NCBI GenBank assembly: GCA_964478125.1
Contig: CAYZGR010000005.1
Coordinates: 22,573-86,572, forward strand
DNA length: 64,000 nt
Direction: 5' to 3'
DNA from: an uncultured Chitinophagaceae bacterium
GTDB taxonomy: Bacteria > Bacteroidota > Bacteroidia > Chitinophagales > Chitinophagaceae
Positions 10,404 through 19,407 of the stretch are shown here, piece after piece. The first letter of the stretch is position 1. Every line of letters starts with the position of its first letter. The notes below the pieces were generated by a model. The model saw only the letters and a program-made list of their open reading frames with translations, made no database searches and was not told the DNA's origin. Position numbers and translations under genes: made by a program.

Positions 10404-10973
10404 TTAAAGACCTACATTGGATTTGAAAATACGGATGGCAATGGCCAGCAGGATGATCCCAAAAAATTGACGGATAACCATAAGCCCGGATTTCCCAAGC
10501 AGCCTTTCAATACGGTCAAGGCTTCTGATCACAATATAAACAATAAGAATATTTATCAGGATGCCGATCAGGATATTGAAATATCCAAAATCGGCTTTTA
10601 GCGAAATGATAGTGGTGAGAGAACCTGATCCGGCAATGAGTGGAAAAGCAATAGGAACATAACTTCCCGATGTACCGGCCTCACTATTGCTTTTGAAAAA
10701 TTCCATACCCAGCAGCATCTCCAATCCCAATAGAAAAATAACGACGGATCCGGCAACCGCGAAGGAACTGATATCCACACTCATGATATGCAACAGTTTT
10801 TCCCCCACCAGGAAGAAAAGGATCATTATAAACCCCGAAGCCAGAGAAGCTTTGATAGCGCTGATACCCCCCATTTTCTCCTTTAAGGAAATAAGGATGG
10901 GTATGGATCCTAAAATATCTATAATTGCAAATAACGTAAAGGTTACGGTTAATATCTGCTTAATGCTGAGCAT
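10404..10973 (-). CDS. MarC family (UPF0056) integral membrane protein
   Basis: 189 aa and multi-pass. The N-terminus (FTLFAIIDILGSIPI) is typical of MarC. Confidence 0.75.
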   Translation of the reverse strand: MLSIKQILTVTFTLFAIIDILGSIPILISLKEKMGGISAIKASLASGFIMILFFLVGEKLLHIMSVDISSFAVAGSVVIFLLGLEMLLGMEFFKSNSEAGTSGSYVPIAFPLIAGSGSLTTIISLKADFGYFNILIGILINILIVYIVIRSLDRIERLLGKSGLMVIRQFFGIILLAIAIRIFKSNVGL

Positions 10974-11002
10974 GGATTTTTTTGCAAATATAGAAAGATT
11001 CC

Positions 11003-11797
11003 TTATTCGTTATAAGGTTTTCCTAGGGTGGCCAGCATGCCTCCGTCTACATAAAGTACTTGTCCATTGACGAAATTAGCGGCTTCGGAAGCTAAAAATA
11101 CAATGGGACCGCCCAGTTCATCCGGAGCTCCCCAGCGGCCTGCAGGTGTGCGGTTGATAATAAATTCATGGAAAGGGTTGCCCGCAACCCGCAAAGGAGC
11201 GGTCTGGCTCGTGGCAAAATACCCGGGTCCTATACCATTGACCTGTATATTATATTGCGCCCATTCTGTGGCCATATTGCGGGTCAGCATTTTCAATCCC
11301 CCTTTGGCAGCGGCATAAGCGGCTACCGTTTCCCTGCCCAGTTCACTCATCATGCTGCAAACGTGAATAATCTTGCCGTATTTCCTTTCGATCATTCCAG
11401 GCGCTACCGCTTTCGAAACGATAAAGGGGGAAGTCAGATCCGTACGGATCACTTCTTCCCATTCCGTAACGGTCATCTCTGTAATAGGAATGCGTTTGAT
11501 AATCCCGGCATTATTCACCAGGATGTCAATAACACCGACCTCCTTTTCTATTTTTTGAATATAGGTCGTTACCTCTTCTTCTTTGGTGACATCAAACAGG
11601 TAGCCGCGGGCTTTGATCCCGTGAGCTTCATATTCTTTTATAGCCTTATCCACTTTTTCCTGTGAAGAATGACCGTTAATGACAATAGTGGCACCGGCTT
11701 GTCCGAGTGCTTTGGCCATGGCCATTCCCAGGCCATGGGTGGCACCGGTTACGAGGGCCGTTTTTCCTTTTAAACTAAAGGCCGTTTTTATGTCCAT
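11003..11797 (-). CDS. SDR oxidoreductase, KduD / gluconate 5-dehydrogenase-like
   Basis: 264 aa with TGATHGLG (TGxxxGxG), NNAG and a YxxxK site (YAAAKGG). It is co-oriented with kduI and the GH88 gene. Confidence 0.8.
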   Translation of the reverse strand: MDIKTAFSLKGKTALVTGATHGLGMAMAKALGQAGATIVINGHSSQEKVDKAIKEYEAHGIKARGYLFDVTKEEEVTTYIQKIEKEVGVIDILVNNAGIIKRIPITEMTVTEWEEVIRTDLTSPFIVSKAVAPGMIERKYGKIIHVCSMMSELGRETVAAYAAAKGGLKMLTRNMATEWAQYNIQVNGIGPGYFATSQTAPLRVAGNPFHEFIINRTPAGRWGAPDELGGPIVFLASEAANFVNGQVLYVDGGMLATLGKPYNE

Positions 11798-12003
11798 TTT
11801 ATAATTTTTTATGTTTATTTAAATATTGATTTTTTAGATATAGAACTTTAAACTCTATATGAGCTGTGCTCCGGCAGAAAGGTGCAAAGCATTTGCCATC
11901 CAGTGGGCTTTGTGGATTCTTCGCGGGCTTTGCAGTTCAAACTCATTCTTATACTTTTTTATTAAGTTTTGCATTTTTCCGTATTACTATATAATGACCG
12001 TGA

Positions 12004-12618
12004 TTATCTGATTAATGATTCATTTTTTTGACTTTTTTTGGCCAGAACGACAAGCGCACGATGGGTGTCCTTTTCTGTGAAATCTTTATAGGTATATTCG
12101 ATCTTAAACCCAATATTAGTAAGGATATTAGAAACTTTCTCCTTTGGTAAACAACTATAATAAAAAGATTCACCCATCATTTTGTCTATATGCTCATCAT
12201 CGGCGTCTCCGTGTGTAAATAGCAGATAGCCGTTCATGTTCAAAAGGCTTTCTACTTTATAATAAATATCCTCCTGCTTACTTTTTGGAAAGTGGAAAAA
12301 AGAATCCCATGCAATAACACCATCAAACTTTTTAGGAGAAACGAAATCAAAGAAGTCAGAAGTTATGAAATCAGCATGAGCCATTTTTTGCGACTTCGCT
12401 ATTTCAATCATTTTTTCCGAAGCGTCAATTCCTCTCACCTGAAAATTTCTTTCAACCAAATATTTTGACAGGTAACCTGAGCCACAACCAATATCCAATA
12501 TCTTTCCTTTGGGACTTACCTTATCGGCAAAGTCCATGACTAATTTACTCACGAATGATTTATTCCTCTCGTCAGTCCATTCGTGGGCAATTCTATCATA
12601 GGGACAATCGTTCATCAT
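12004..12618 (-). CDS. Class I SAM-dependent methyltransferase
   Basis: Motif I is ILDIGCGSGY. The tracked ORF begins at a TTG (12633), but the ATG-ATG pair at 12618 is the more likely start. The gene looks visibly more AT-rich than its neighbours. Confidence 0.75.
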   Translation of the reverse strand: MMNDCPYDRIAHEWTDERNKSFVSKLVMDFADKVSPKGKILDIGCGSGYLSKYLVERNFQVRGIDASEKMIEIAKSQKMAHADFITSDFFDFVSPKKFDGVIAWDSFFHFPKSKQEDIYYKVESLLNMNGYLLFTHGDADDEHIDKMMGESFYYSCLPKEKVSNILTNIGFKIEYTYKDFTEKDTHRALVVLAKKSQKNESLIR

Positions 12619-12715
12619 GACTTTTGAACTCAATTTAAAGCATGTAAGACGTAGAACTCAATTTTATACCTTCGATCTGTGGTTTAAAGAATACCGAAAG
12701 TTACAGGATGTTTTC

Positions 12716-13558
12716 TCATTTCAGATCCTTGATAGCCCATTTATCCATGTCGTCATAGTCCAAATTTTCTCCTCCCATGCCCCATATAAAAGTATAGTTA
12801 GAGGTTCCTGACCCGGCGTGGATCGACCATGGAGGTGAAATTACCGCTTCGTCATTTTGCATCCATATGTGGCGGGTTTCTTCCGGCTGGCCCATAAAAT
12901 GACTGACCGATTGTCCTTCATTGACTTCAAAATAGAAATAAGCTTCCATACGGCGATCATGGACGTGCGCGGGCATGGTATTCCATACACTGCCTGTTTT
13001 TAATTCTGTCATGCCCATTTGCAACTGGCAGGTTTGTACTACGCTGTTCACCAATAATTTATTAATAATGCGATGGTTCGCTGTTTCAAGGGAGCCCAAT
13101 TCTACAGTTTCGGCTTCTTTTTTGGTTACCTTTTTAGTAGGATAAGAGTGGTGTGCAGGAGCGGAGTTTATGTAAAATTTTGCAGGGCTGTCGGCCTGGA
13201 CGCTACTGAAGATGACTTCTTTTACCCCCTTTCCTATATATAATGCTTCTTTAAAATGAAGATCATATTTTTCTCCGTCAACGGAGACACTACCGATCCC
13301 TCCTACGTTGATAATGCCCAGTTCCCGGCGTTCCAGAAAATAGTCGGCTTTTAGAGGATCGATGGTCTCCAGCGTAACCGATTCTTTCACCGGGTTGATT
13401 CCCCCGACGATCAGCCGGTCATAATGGGTATAGGTCAACTTTATCCGGTCGGCTTCAAAAAGGTTTTCTATTAAGAAAGATTTCCTGAGGCGGGCGGTAT
13501 CCATTCCTTTTACCTCTGCAGGGCTGTTGGCATACCTGACTTCAAACTGTGTCTTCAT
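12716..13558 (-). CDS. kduI: 5-dehydro-4-deoxy-D-glucuronate isomerase
   Basis: 280 aa with a KduI-typical N-terminus (EVRYANSPAEVKGMDTARLRKSFLIENLF) and cupin His residues (PAHVHDR). Confidence 0.9.
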   Translation of the reverse strand: MKTQFEVRYANSPAEVKGMDTARLRKSFLIENLFEADRIKLTYTHYDRLIVGGINPVKESVTLETIDPLKADYFLERRELGIINVGGIGSVSVDGEKYDLHFKEALYIGKGVKEVIFSSVQADSPAKFYINSAPAHHSYPTKKVTKKEAETVELGSLETANHRIINKLLVNSVVQTCQLQMGMTELKTGSVWNTMPAHVHDRRMEAYFYFEVNEGQSVSHFMGQPEETRHIWMQNDEAVISPPWSIHAGSGTSNYTFIWGMGGENLDYDDMDKWAIKDLK

Positions 13559-13573
13559 ATTAAGTTTATTTTA

Positions 13574-14791
13574 CTATTTATTCAAATACAAATTTTTGTA
13601 CCTCAATAAGGCTTCTACAAAATAATAGTCGGCATAGTTCAGCGGAACATCTATTTCTACGTTTCCCGGAAGCGAACCCACGCTGTGTTTGAGCAGGAAG
13701 CCCGTGCCCTGTCCCTCGCTGAATCTGTATTCAGGACTGCTGAGACTTACCAGGATTCTTTCCGCCGACTTTTTATATTTTTCTTTCTTTTGATTATTGG
13801 GGGTAAGCGTACTCAATTCCAAAAAACCCGAAGCCATGATCGCGGCTGCGGATACATCGCGATAGGTATTGGGGATTTTAGGGGCATCGTAATCCCAATA
13901 GGGAATCATATCTTCCGGTAAGTTGGGGTTATTAAGGATAAAATGGGCAATATGCTCTGCCTGTTTCAGATAGGCAGAATCTTTGGTTTCCCGGAACATC
14001 ATCGTGTATCCATAGAGCCCCCAGCTTTGCCCGCGTGCCCATGCCGAAGAGTCGGAATATCCCTGTGCGGTTTGCTTTTTTACCACCTCTCCCGTATGCG
14101 GGTTGTAAAGTACAACGTGCCAGGAACTGTAATCCGGACGGAAATGATTTTTCATAGTTACGTTTGCATGCGATTCGGCCTCTTGCATAAATTTGGGGTT
14201 TCCGCCATTCTTTGTTGCCCAACATAATAATTCCAGGTTCATCATGTTATCAATAATGACCGGAAACTGTCCTTTCATCCAATCCCATGATTTTATACAG
14301 CCAACGGTATCATTAAAACGTGTAGACAGAGAAGCCGCTGATGTTAAAAGAACTTCCTTATAATGCGGGTTGTGTGTAAGACGGTATCCGTTTCCAAAGC
14401 TGCAATACATCATAAATCCCAGATCATGAGTGCCTTTATAGTTTTCCAAAGGCTCAATGAGCTTCATCTTGCGTTCCGCTTCTTCTTTAAAAGCGGAATC
14501 TCCGGAGTACTGGTATAAATACCAAAGCGTACCCGGATAAAAACCAATGGTCCAATCATGCTGACTGCAGGTGACCAGCGCGCCTCCTGTAGAATCAAGC
14601 GTCCGTGGGATCTTTCCTTCCGGAACGTTTTTCATGAACATCTTGTACTGATCGACCGCGAACTGCAGATCCTTCTTTACCAGTTTTCCCATTCTTTTTG
14701 AATCGTTGTGCTGACTGCTACAGCCTAAAAGAGAGAATAGAGAAATCCCGGCAAGGATCAACGCTGGGAGAAAAGTGTATTTTTGTCTCAT
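13574..14791 (-). CDS. Glycoside hydrolase family 88-like unsaturated glucuronyl hydrolase (lipoprotein)
   Basis: 405 aa with a lipobox (LLGC). GH88-like blocks are present (HDLGFMMYCSFGNGY, ARGQSWGLYG), and the gene lies upstream of kduI. Confidence 0.8.
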   Translation of the reverse strand: MRQKYTFLPALILAGISLFSLLGCSSQHNDSKRMGKLVKKDLQFAVDQYKMFMKNVPEGKIPRTLDSTGGALVTCSQHDWTIGFYPGTLWYLYQYSGDSAFKEEAERKMKLIEPLENYKGTHDLGFMMYCSFGNGYRLTHNPHYKEVLLTSAASLSTRFNDTVGCIKSWDWMKGQFPVIIDNMMNLELLCWATKNGGNPKFMQEAESHANVTMKNHFRPDYSSWHVVLYNPHTGEVVKKQTAQGYSDSSAWARGQSWGLYGYTMMFRETKDSAYLKQAEHIAHFILNNPNLPEDMIPYWDYDAPKIPNTYRDVSAAAIMASGFLELSTLTPNNQKKEKYKKSAERILVSLSSPEYRFSEGQGTGFLLKHSVGSLPGNVEIDVPLNYADYYFVEALLRYKNLYLNK

Positions 14792-14836
14792 ATCAGATGA
14801 TTTAGAAAGGTAAAGGTAAGGAGTATTTTAAACAAA

Positions 14837-14850
14837 TGCAAACGTTTGCT
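14837..14850. promoter_or_regulatory. LacI-family-type palindromic operator upstream of the GH88-kduI operon
   Basis: The sequence tGCAAACGTTTGCt contains a perfect 12-bp palindrome, GCAAACGTTTGC (14838-14849), with a central CG. It lies 46 nt upstream of the GH88 start. Confidence 0.5.
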
Positions 14851-15025
14851 ATTTAGACCCTTCCCGCAACTTTTTTCATTCGTGGCTGTTAAATTTACCG
14901 GTAATAAGGGCATTATGACAAATTAGGAAGGGTGAAGCGCGGCATTTGTCAAAAAGTTTTTATTATTTTGTAAAAAATGGAAAGGCAAAAGAATTTATTA
15001 ATTAAAGTTGAGAAAAATTAAAAAA

Positions 15026-16123
15026 ATGAATCGAGTAAAGCAAATTCATGAATTGGGACAAAGCATCTGGTTGGATTTTCTGAACAGAGAAATTATGAAC
15101 AATGGCCAATTGCAGAAGCTTATAGATGAAGATGGTGTTTGCGGTGTGACGTCCAATCCCTCTATTTTCGCCAAAGCTTTTAATGGGAGCACAGATTATG
15201 ACGATGATATAGCTGCTTTTTCTAAAGAGAGAAACAGCAATGATGATATCTTTTTTAGTCTGGCAATCAAAGACATCAAACGGGCCGCCGATCTTTTTAA
15301 ATCTACTTTTGAACAAGCAAAAGGAGGAGACGGATTTGTCAGTCTTGAAGTCAATCCTTATCTGGCCCGCGATACGGAAGGCACCATAAAACAGGCCAAA
15401 GAATTATGGGAATCGGTAGATCGCGAGAATGTAATGATCAAGATCCCCGGCACGGCACAGGGACTGGAAGCTATTCGCCAAAGCATCGCCTCGGGCATAA
15501 ATATTAATGTGACCTTGTTGTTTGGCCTTCCCCGTTACAGAGAAGTTACCGAAGCGTACCTCTCCGGACTCGAAGATCGGGTAAAAGCTGGTCAATCTAT
15601 TGATCAAATTTCTTCTGTAGCAAGTTTTTTCCTCAGCCGTATTGATGTTTTGGTAGATCCCATGCTGGAGGAAAAAGGCATGACGGATCTAAAAGGAGCG
15701 GTAGCCATTGCTTCTGCCAAAAAAGCCTATGAAATTTATAAAGAGGTATTCGGCAGTGATCGTTTTAAAGCGTTGGAAGCTAAAGGTGCGAAGCCTCAAC
15801 GGGTTCTCTGGGCAAGTACGAGTACCAAAAATCCGGATTATAGCGATGTTAAATATGTAGAAGCCCTTATTGGCAATCATACCATCAATACCCTGCCGTT
15901 GGAAACCATAGAAGCGTTTCGTGACCATGGAAATGCAACGGCCCGTCTTGAAGAAGATATGGACAAAGCCAATAAGGTGTTGGAAAGCCTTAAAGAAAAA
16001 GGGATTGATATTGATCAAGTAACCCAACAGCTTGAGAATGAGGGTATTGATAAATTTAATAAGTCTTATGACGAGCTAATGGAGGCTGTTGAAAATCAGA
16101 AGAGGCAAACGGTAACTGAATGA
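15026..16123 (+). CDS. tal: Transaldolase
   Basis: Transaldolase blocks are present (GQSIWLDFL, GVTSNPSIF, MIKIPGT). The tracked ORF starts at TTG 15008, but ATG 15026 is more likely. Confidence 0.9.
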   Translation: MNRVKQIHELGQSIWLDFLNREIMNNGQLQKLIDEDGVCGVTSNPSIFAKAFNGSTDYDDDIAAFSKERNSNDDIFFSLAIKDIKRAADLFKSTFEQAKGGDGFVSLEVNPYLARDTEGTIKQAKELWESVDRENVMIKIPGTAQGLEAIRQSIASGININVTLLFGLPRYREVTEAYLSGLEDRVKAGQSIDQISSVASFFLSRIDVLVDPMLEEKGMTDLKGAVAIASAKKAYEIYKEVFGSDRFKALEAKGAKPQRVLWASTSTKNPDYSDVKYVEALIGNHTINTLPLETIEAFRDHGNATARLEEDMDKANKVLESLKEKGIDIDQVTQQLENEGIDKFNKSYDELMEAVENQKRQTVTE

Positions 16124-16518
16124 ATTTTCATACCAGAAAGTGGATCTTACCCGAAGATCTGAATCCTAATGGTACATTATTTGGAGGCAGCCTCCTCCGG
16201 TGGATAGACGAGGAAGCTGCCATTTATTCCATCATCCAGCTGGACAACAACCGGGTGGTTACCAAATTTATTTCCGAGATCAATTTTGTCAGTTCCGCCC
16301 GACAGGGAGATATAATAGAAATGGGGATGGAGGTAGTGGAATTTGGCCATACTTCTCTTACGCTACGTTGTGAGGTAAGAAATAAACTTACCCGAAAACG
16401 CATTTTGAATATTGAAAAAATGGTATTCGTTAACATGGGAGAAGAGGGCAAGCCCAAAGCCCATGGAAAGACACAAGTAACTTTTATAAGCGATCGTTTC
16501 CATGATCAGGATCAATAG
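16120..16518 (+). CDS. Hotdog-fold acyl-CoA thioesterase
   Basis: 132 aa with LFGGSLLRWIDEEA. Its start overlaps the tal stop in ATGA. Confidence 0.75.
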   Translation: MNFHTRKWILPEDLNPNGTLFGGSLLRWIDEEAAIYSIIQLDNNRVVTKFISEINFVSSARQGDIIEMGMEVVEFGHTSLTLRCEVRNKLTRKRILNIEKMVFVNMGEEGKPKAHGKTQVTFISDRFHDQDQ

Positions 16519-16532
16519 AATTAAGATCTCTA

Positions 16533-16563
16533 CTGTTTCCTCATTTGCCAAATGAAAAAACAG
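16533..16563. terminator. Nested hairpin between convergent genes, a possible terminator
   Basis: CTGTTT...AAACAG encloses the palindrome CATTTGcCAAATG. There is no clean U-tract. Confidence 0.3.
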
Positions 16564-16663
16564 GGCGCAAATCTTCCCTACCGGATGGCATTTTTTGAGA
16601 TCTGCGTCCTATCCTATATAAATGGCTTCATCCTGAATAAGGATGTATGTTTGTTTTCCTGCG

Positions 16664-17044
16664 TTAACTGCCTGTCTCTGTATTTTCAACTACCAGGGCC
16701 TGTACACCATTCTTGTTTACCACATTCCCGGTAATTTTAACCTGATCGGCGGCATGTTTAATAGCTGTTTTGTAGGCTTTGGATTTATCATGATCTTCTA
16801 CCAGGAGATAGACTTGTCCGTCGCTGGTTAATAAGCCTGCGGGCAGTCCTTTGTCTAAACACATTTGTGCACATTGTTTGTGTCCTTTGCCTTTGGCGCC
16901 ATGCCCCATATAGCAGGACATGTCTAATACCTCTCCGCTGATTGTCTTCTGGCTTTGCCCGAAGGCGCTCATTGAAAGTACGGTAAGTCCGCCTACCAGC
17001 AGGGAACCGAATACCTTCGGCAATTTCATTTTTAAACCTTTCAT
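16664..17044 (-). CDS. Small secreted Cys/His-containing protein of unknown function
   Basis: 126 aa with a signal peptide (LLVGGLTVLSMSAFGQ) and the cluster DMSCYMGHGAKGKGHKQCAQMC. Confidence 0.6.
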   Translation of the reverse strand: MKGLKMKLPKVFGSLLVGGLTVLSMSAFGQSQKTISGEVLDMSCYMGHGAKGKGHKQCAQMCLDKGLPAGLLTSDGQVYLLVEDHDKSKAYKTAIKHAADQVKITGNVVNKNGVQALVVENTETGS

Positions 17045-17196
17045 AATAAAGCTGTTTTTACTACATTACAAATATGACCTGTACTTTTAACTACAATTGA
17101 GGTTTTATTATTGTTTAGCTTCCATTAGAATTAATGAATTATTATGATAGGTTTGTTGAAAGATCTAATTTTGAGGCGTCAGGAATTCTCTATTTT

Positions 17197-18240
17197 ATGG
17201 CAGTTATCGAATGTGTTCCCAACTTTAGCGAGGGCAGGGATTTGAAAATTATCGGGCAAATTGTAGATGCTATCAGATCTGTTGCAGGGCTAAAGGTTTT
17301 GCATGTAGACGTAGGGATATCGGCAAACCGGACTGTGGTAACCTTTGCCGGCAAGCCGGAGGCTGTTGTGGAGGGTGCTTTTAATGGGATCCATCAGGCG
17401 GCGAAGTTGATTAATATGGAAAAACATCGGGGGGTGCATCCCCGGATAGGGGCAACAGATGTTTGCCCATTGGTTCCTGTCTCGGATATTTCAATGGAAG
17501 AGACGGCAGCCTATGCCAGACAACTGGGTAAAAGAGTAGGAGAAGAACTGGGTATTCCGGTATATTTATATGAAAAAGCGGCCATGGATCCTACCAGAGT
17601 GAATCTGGCAGATGTACGGGCCGGTGGCTATGAGAGTCTTTTTTTCCGGCTTCAGGACAACACCTGGAGACCTGATTTTGGAACAGCCGCCTTCAATAAA
17701 CGATCCGGCGCTACCATTATTGGCGCGCGAGATTTTTTATTGGCCTACAATGTGAACCTGGATACCGGTTCCCTAAGCATCGCCAAATCTATTGCGGCAG
17801 AAATACGTACTTCCGGACGAATAAAGAAGGTCAGCGGTCAGATAGAATATGATAAGGAGAAAAAACCGCTTCGTATGCCCGGACTGCTGCCTTTTACGAA
17901 GGCCATTGGCTGGTACATGGAGGAATATAAAATAGCACAGGTTTCCATGAACCTGACCAACCTGGACCGGACTCCCATGCATGTGGCATTCGAAGCGGTA
18001 AGAAAAAGCGCCTTAAAACTTGGGTCAAAAGTGACGGGGAGTGAAATAATAGGACTTGTTCCGTTAAAGAGTATGTTGGACGCAGGCAGGTATTTTATGG
18101 GAAAGAAAACAGGAAACCGGTCTGAGGACGAGACCCTGTTGGTAGGTGAAGCTGTAAGCTCATTAGGCCTGGATGAACTAAAACCTTTTGATCCGCAAGA
18201 GAAAATCTTGGAATATGTGCTGACAGCAACAACCAAATGA
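17197..18240 (+). CDS. ftcD: Glutamate formimidoyltransferase (transferase domain only)
   Basis: The N-terminus IECVPNFSEGRD is diagnostic. The tracked ORF starts at 17134, but ATG 17197 gives the canonical N-terminus. Confidence 0.85.
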   Translation: MAVIECVPNFSEGRDLKIIGQIVDAIRSVAGLKVLHVDVGISANRTVVTFAGKPEAVVEGAFNGIHQAAKLINMEKHRGVHPRIGATDVCPLVPVSDISMEETAAYARQLGKRVGEELGIPVYLYEKAAMDPTRVNLADVRAGGYESLFFRLQDNTWRPDFGTAAFNKRSGATIIGARDFLLAYNVNLDTGSLSIAKSIAAEIRTSGRIKKVSGQIEYDKEKKPLRMPGLLPFTKAIGWYMEEYKIAQVSMNLTNLDRTPMHVAFEAVRKSALKLGSKVTGSEIIGLVPLKSMLDAGRYFMGKKTGNRSEDETLLVGEAVSSLGLDELKPFDPQEKILEYVLTATTK

Positions 18241-19337
18241 TGATGAAACCCTTTGCACAATATATGAACCGTTTTTTACGCCTGCTGTTGTATCCCTTAT
18301 CCGTTTTATACGGGTTGATAACCTGGTTGAGAAACCGGCTATATGACCGGGGTATCCTTTCTGAAATAGAATTTGATATTCCTACTATTGCCGTGGGGAA
18401 CCTTTCTGTAGGAGGTACGGGCAAGACGCCTCATGTAGAATACCTTATCCGGCTGTTGGAATATGAATATTATGTGGCTACTTTAAGCAGGGGATATAAT
18501 CGGAAAACCAAGGGCTATCTTCTGGCAAATGAAGATGCCACAGCCTATACCATTGGGGACGAGCCTTTGCAGTTTTTCAAAAAATTCCCGGATATTGCCA
18601 TTAGCGTAGGAGAAGAACGCGCCCTGGCACTACCACAATTGTTAATGGATGTGCCCGATACCGAAGTGGTTATTCTGGATGATGCTTTTCAGCACCGTTC
18701 CATAAGGCCGGGAATCAATATCATGGTTACCGATTATAATCATTTGTTTACCCGCGACCATATTGTTCCTTTTGGCCGTTTGAGGGAAAGCCGAAAGGGG
18801 TATGAACGGGCCGATTGTATAATTGTTTCCAAATGCCCCAAGAACTTAACAGTAAAGGAGAAGAAAAAGATTATAGCTGAAATAAAGCCGCTTCCACATC
18901 AGAAAATTTTCTTTACCGCTATTAAATATGGCAGATGTTATCATTTTATGAATGGAGAGACGGAATACCTGCTGCCGGATACGGGGGTAGTAGTGGCATG
19001 CGGAATTGCGGACCCGCAACCTTTATTGGAAGAACTAAAGAGGAGGGTGGGGGAATTGAAATGGTTGCGTTTTCCTGATCATTATTTTTATTCCGAAGGG
19101 GATCTGGATAAAATTGAAAATGCGGTATCCCAGCTGGAGTCTGATTATAAAGTCATAGTTACTACTGAAAAGGACGCTGCCCGCCTGGATCTTTTTAAAG
19201 ATAAAATTGAAAAAATGCGATTGCCGCTCACGGTTATTTCCCTGAATATTTATTTTCTTTTTAAAGAGGGCGCCCGATTTGATCAGTATGTAATGGACTA
19301 TATGTCGGATGCATTGGCGGAACAATTTAATGCCTGA
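18237..19337 (+). CDS. lpxK: Tetraacyldisaccharide 4'-kinase
   Basis: The P-loop is GNLSVGGTGKTP. Its start overlaps the ftcD stop in ATGA. Confidence 0.9.
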   Translation: MMMKPFAQYMNRFLRLLLYPLSVLYGLITWLRNRLYDRGILSEIEFDIPTIAVGNLSVGGTGKTPHVEYLIRLLEYEYYVATLSRGYNRKTKGYLLANEDATAYTIGDEPLQFFKKFPDIAISVGEERALALPQLLMDVPDTEVVILDDAFQHRSIRPGINIMVTDYNHLFTRDHIVPFGRLRESRKGYERADCIIVSKCPKNLTVKEKKKIIAEIKPLPHQKIFFTAIKYGRCYHFMNGETEYLLPDTGVVVACGIADPQPLLEELKRRVGELKWLRFPDHYFYSEGDLDKIENAVSQLESDYKVIVTTEKDAARLDLFKDKIEKMRLPLTVISLNIYFLFKEGARFDQYVMDYMSDALAEQFNA

Positions 19338-19377
19338 AGCCTTCTAAAAGAAGACTTGTGGAGCAGAAAAAACACGT

Positions 19378-19385
19378 TACCTTTG
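19378..19385 (+). promoter_or_regulatory. Candidate -7 promoter box (TAnnTTTG)
   Basis: TACCTTTG lies 22 nt upstream of the ATG at 19408. A TTG sits about 18 nt further upstream. Confidence 0.4.
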
Positions 19386-19407
19386 CATTTTAATAGCGGA
19401 AAATTTC

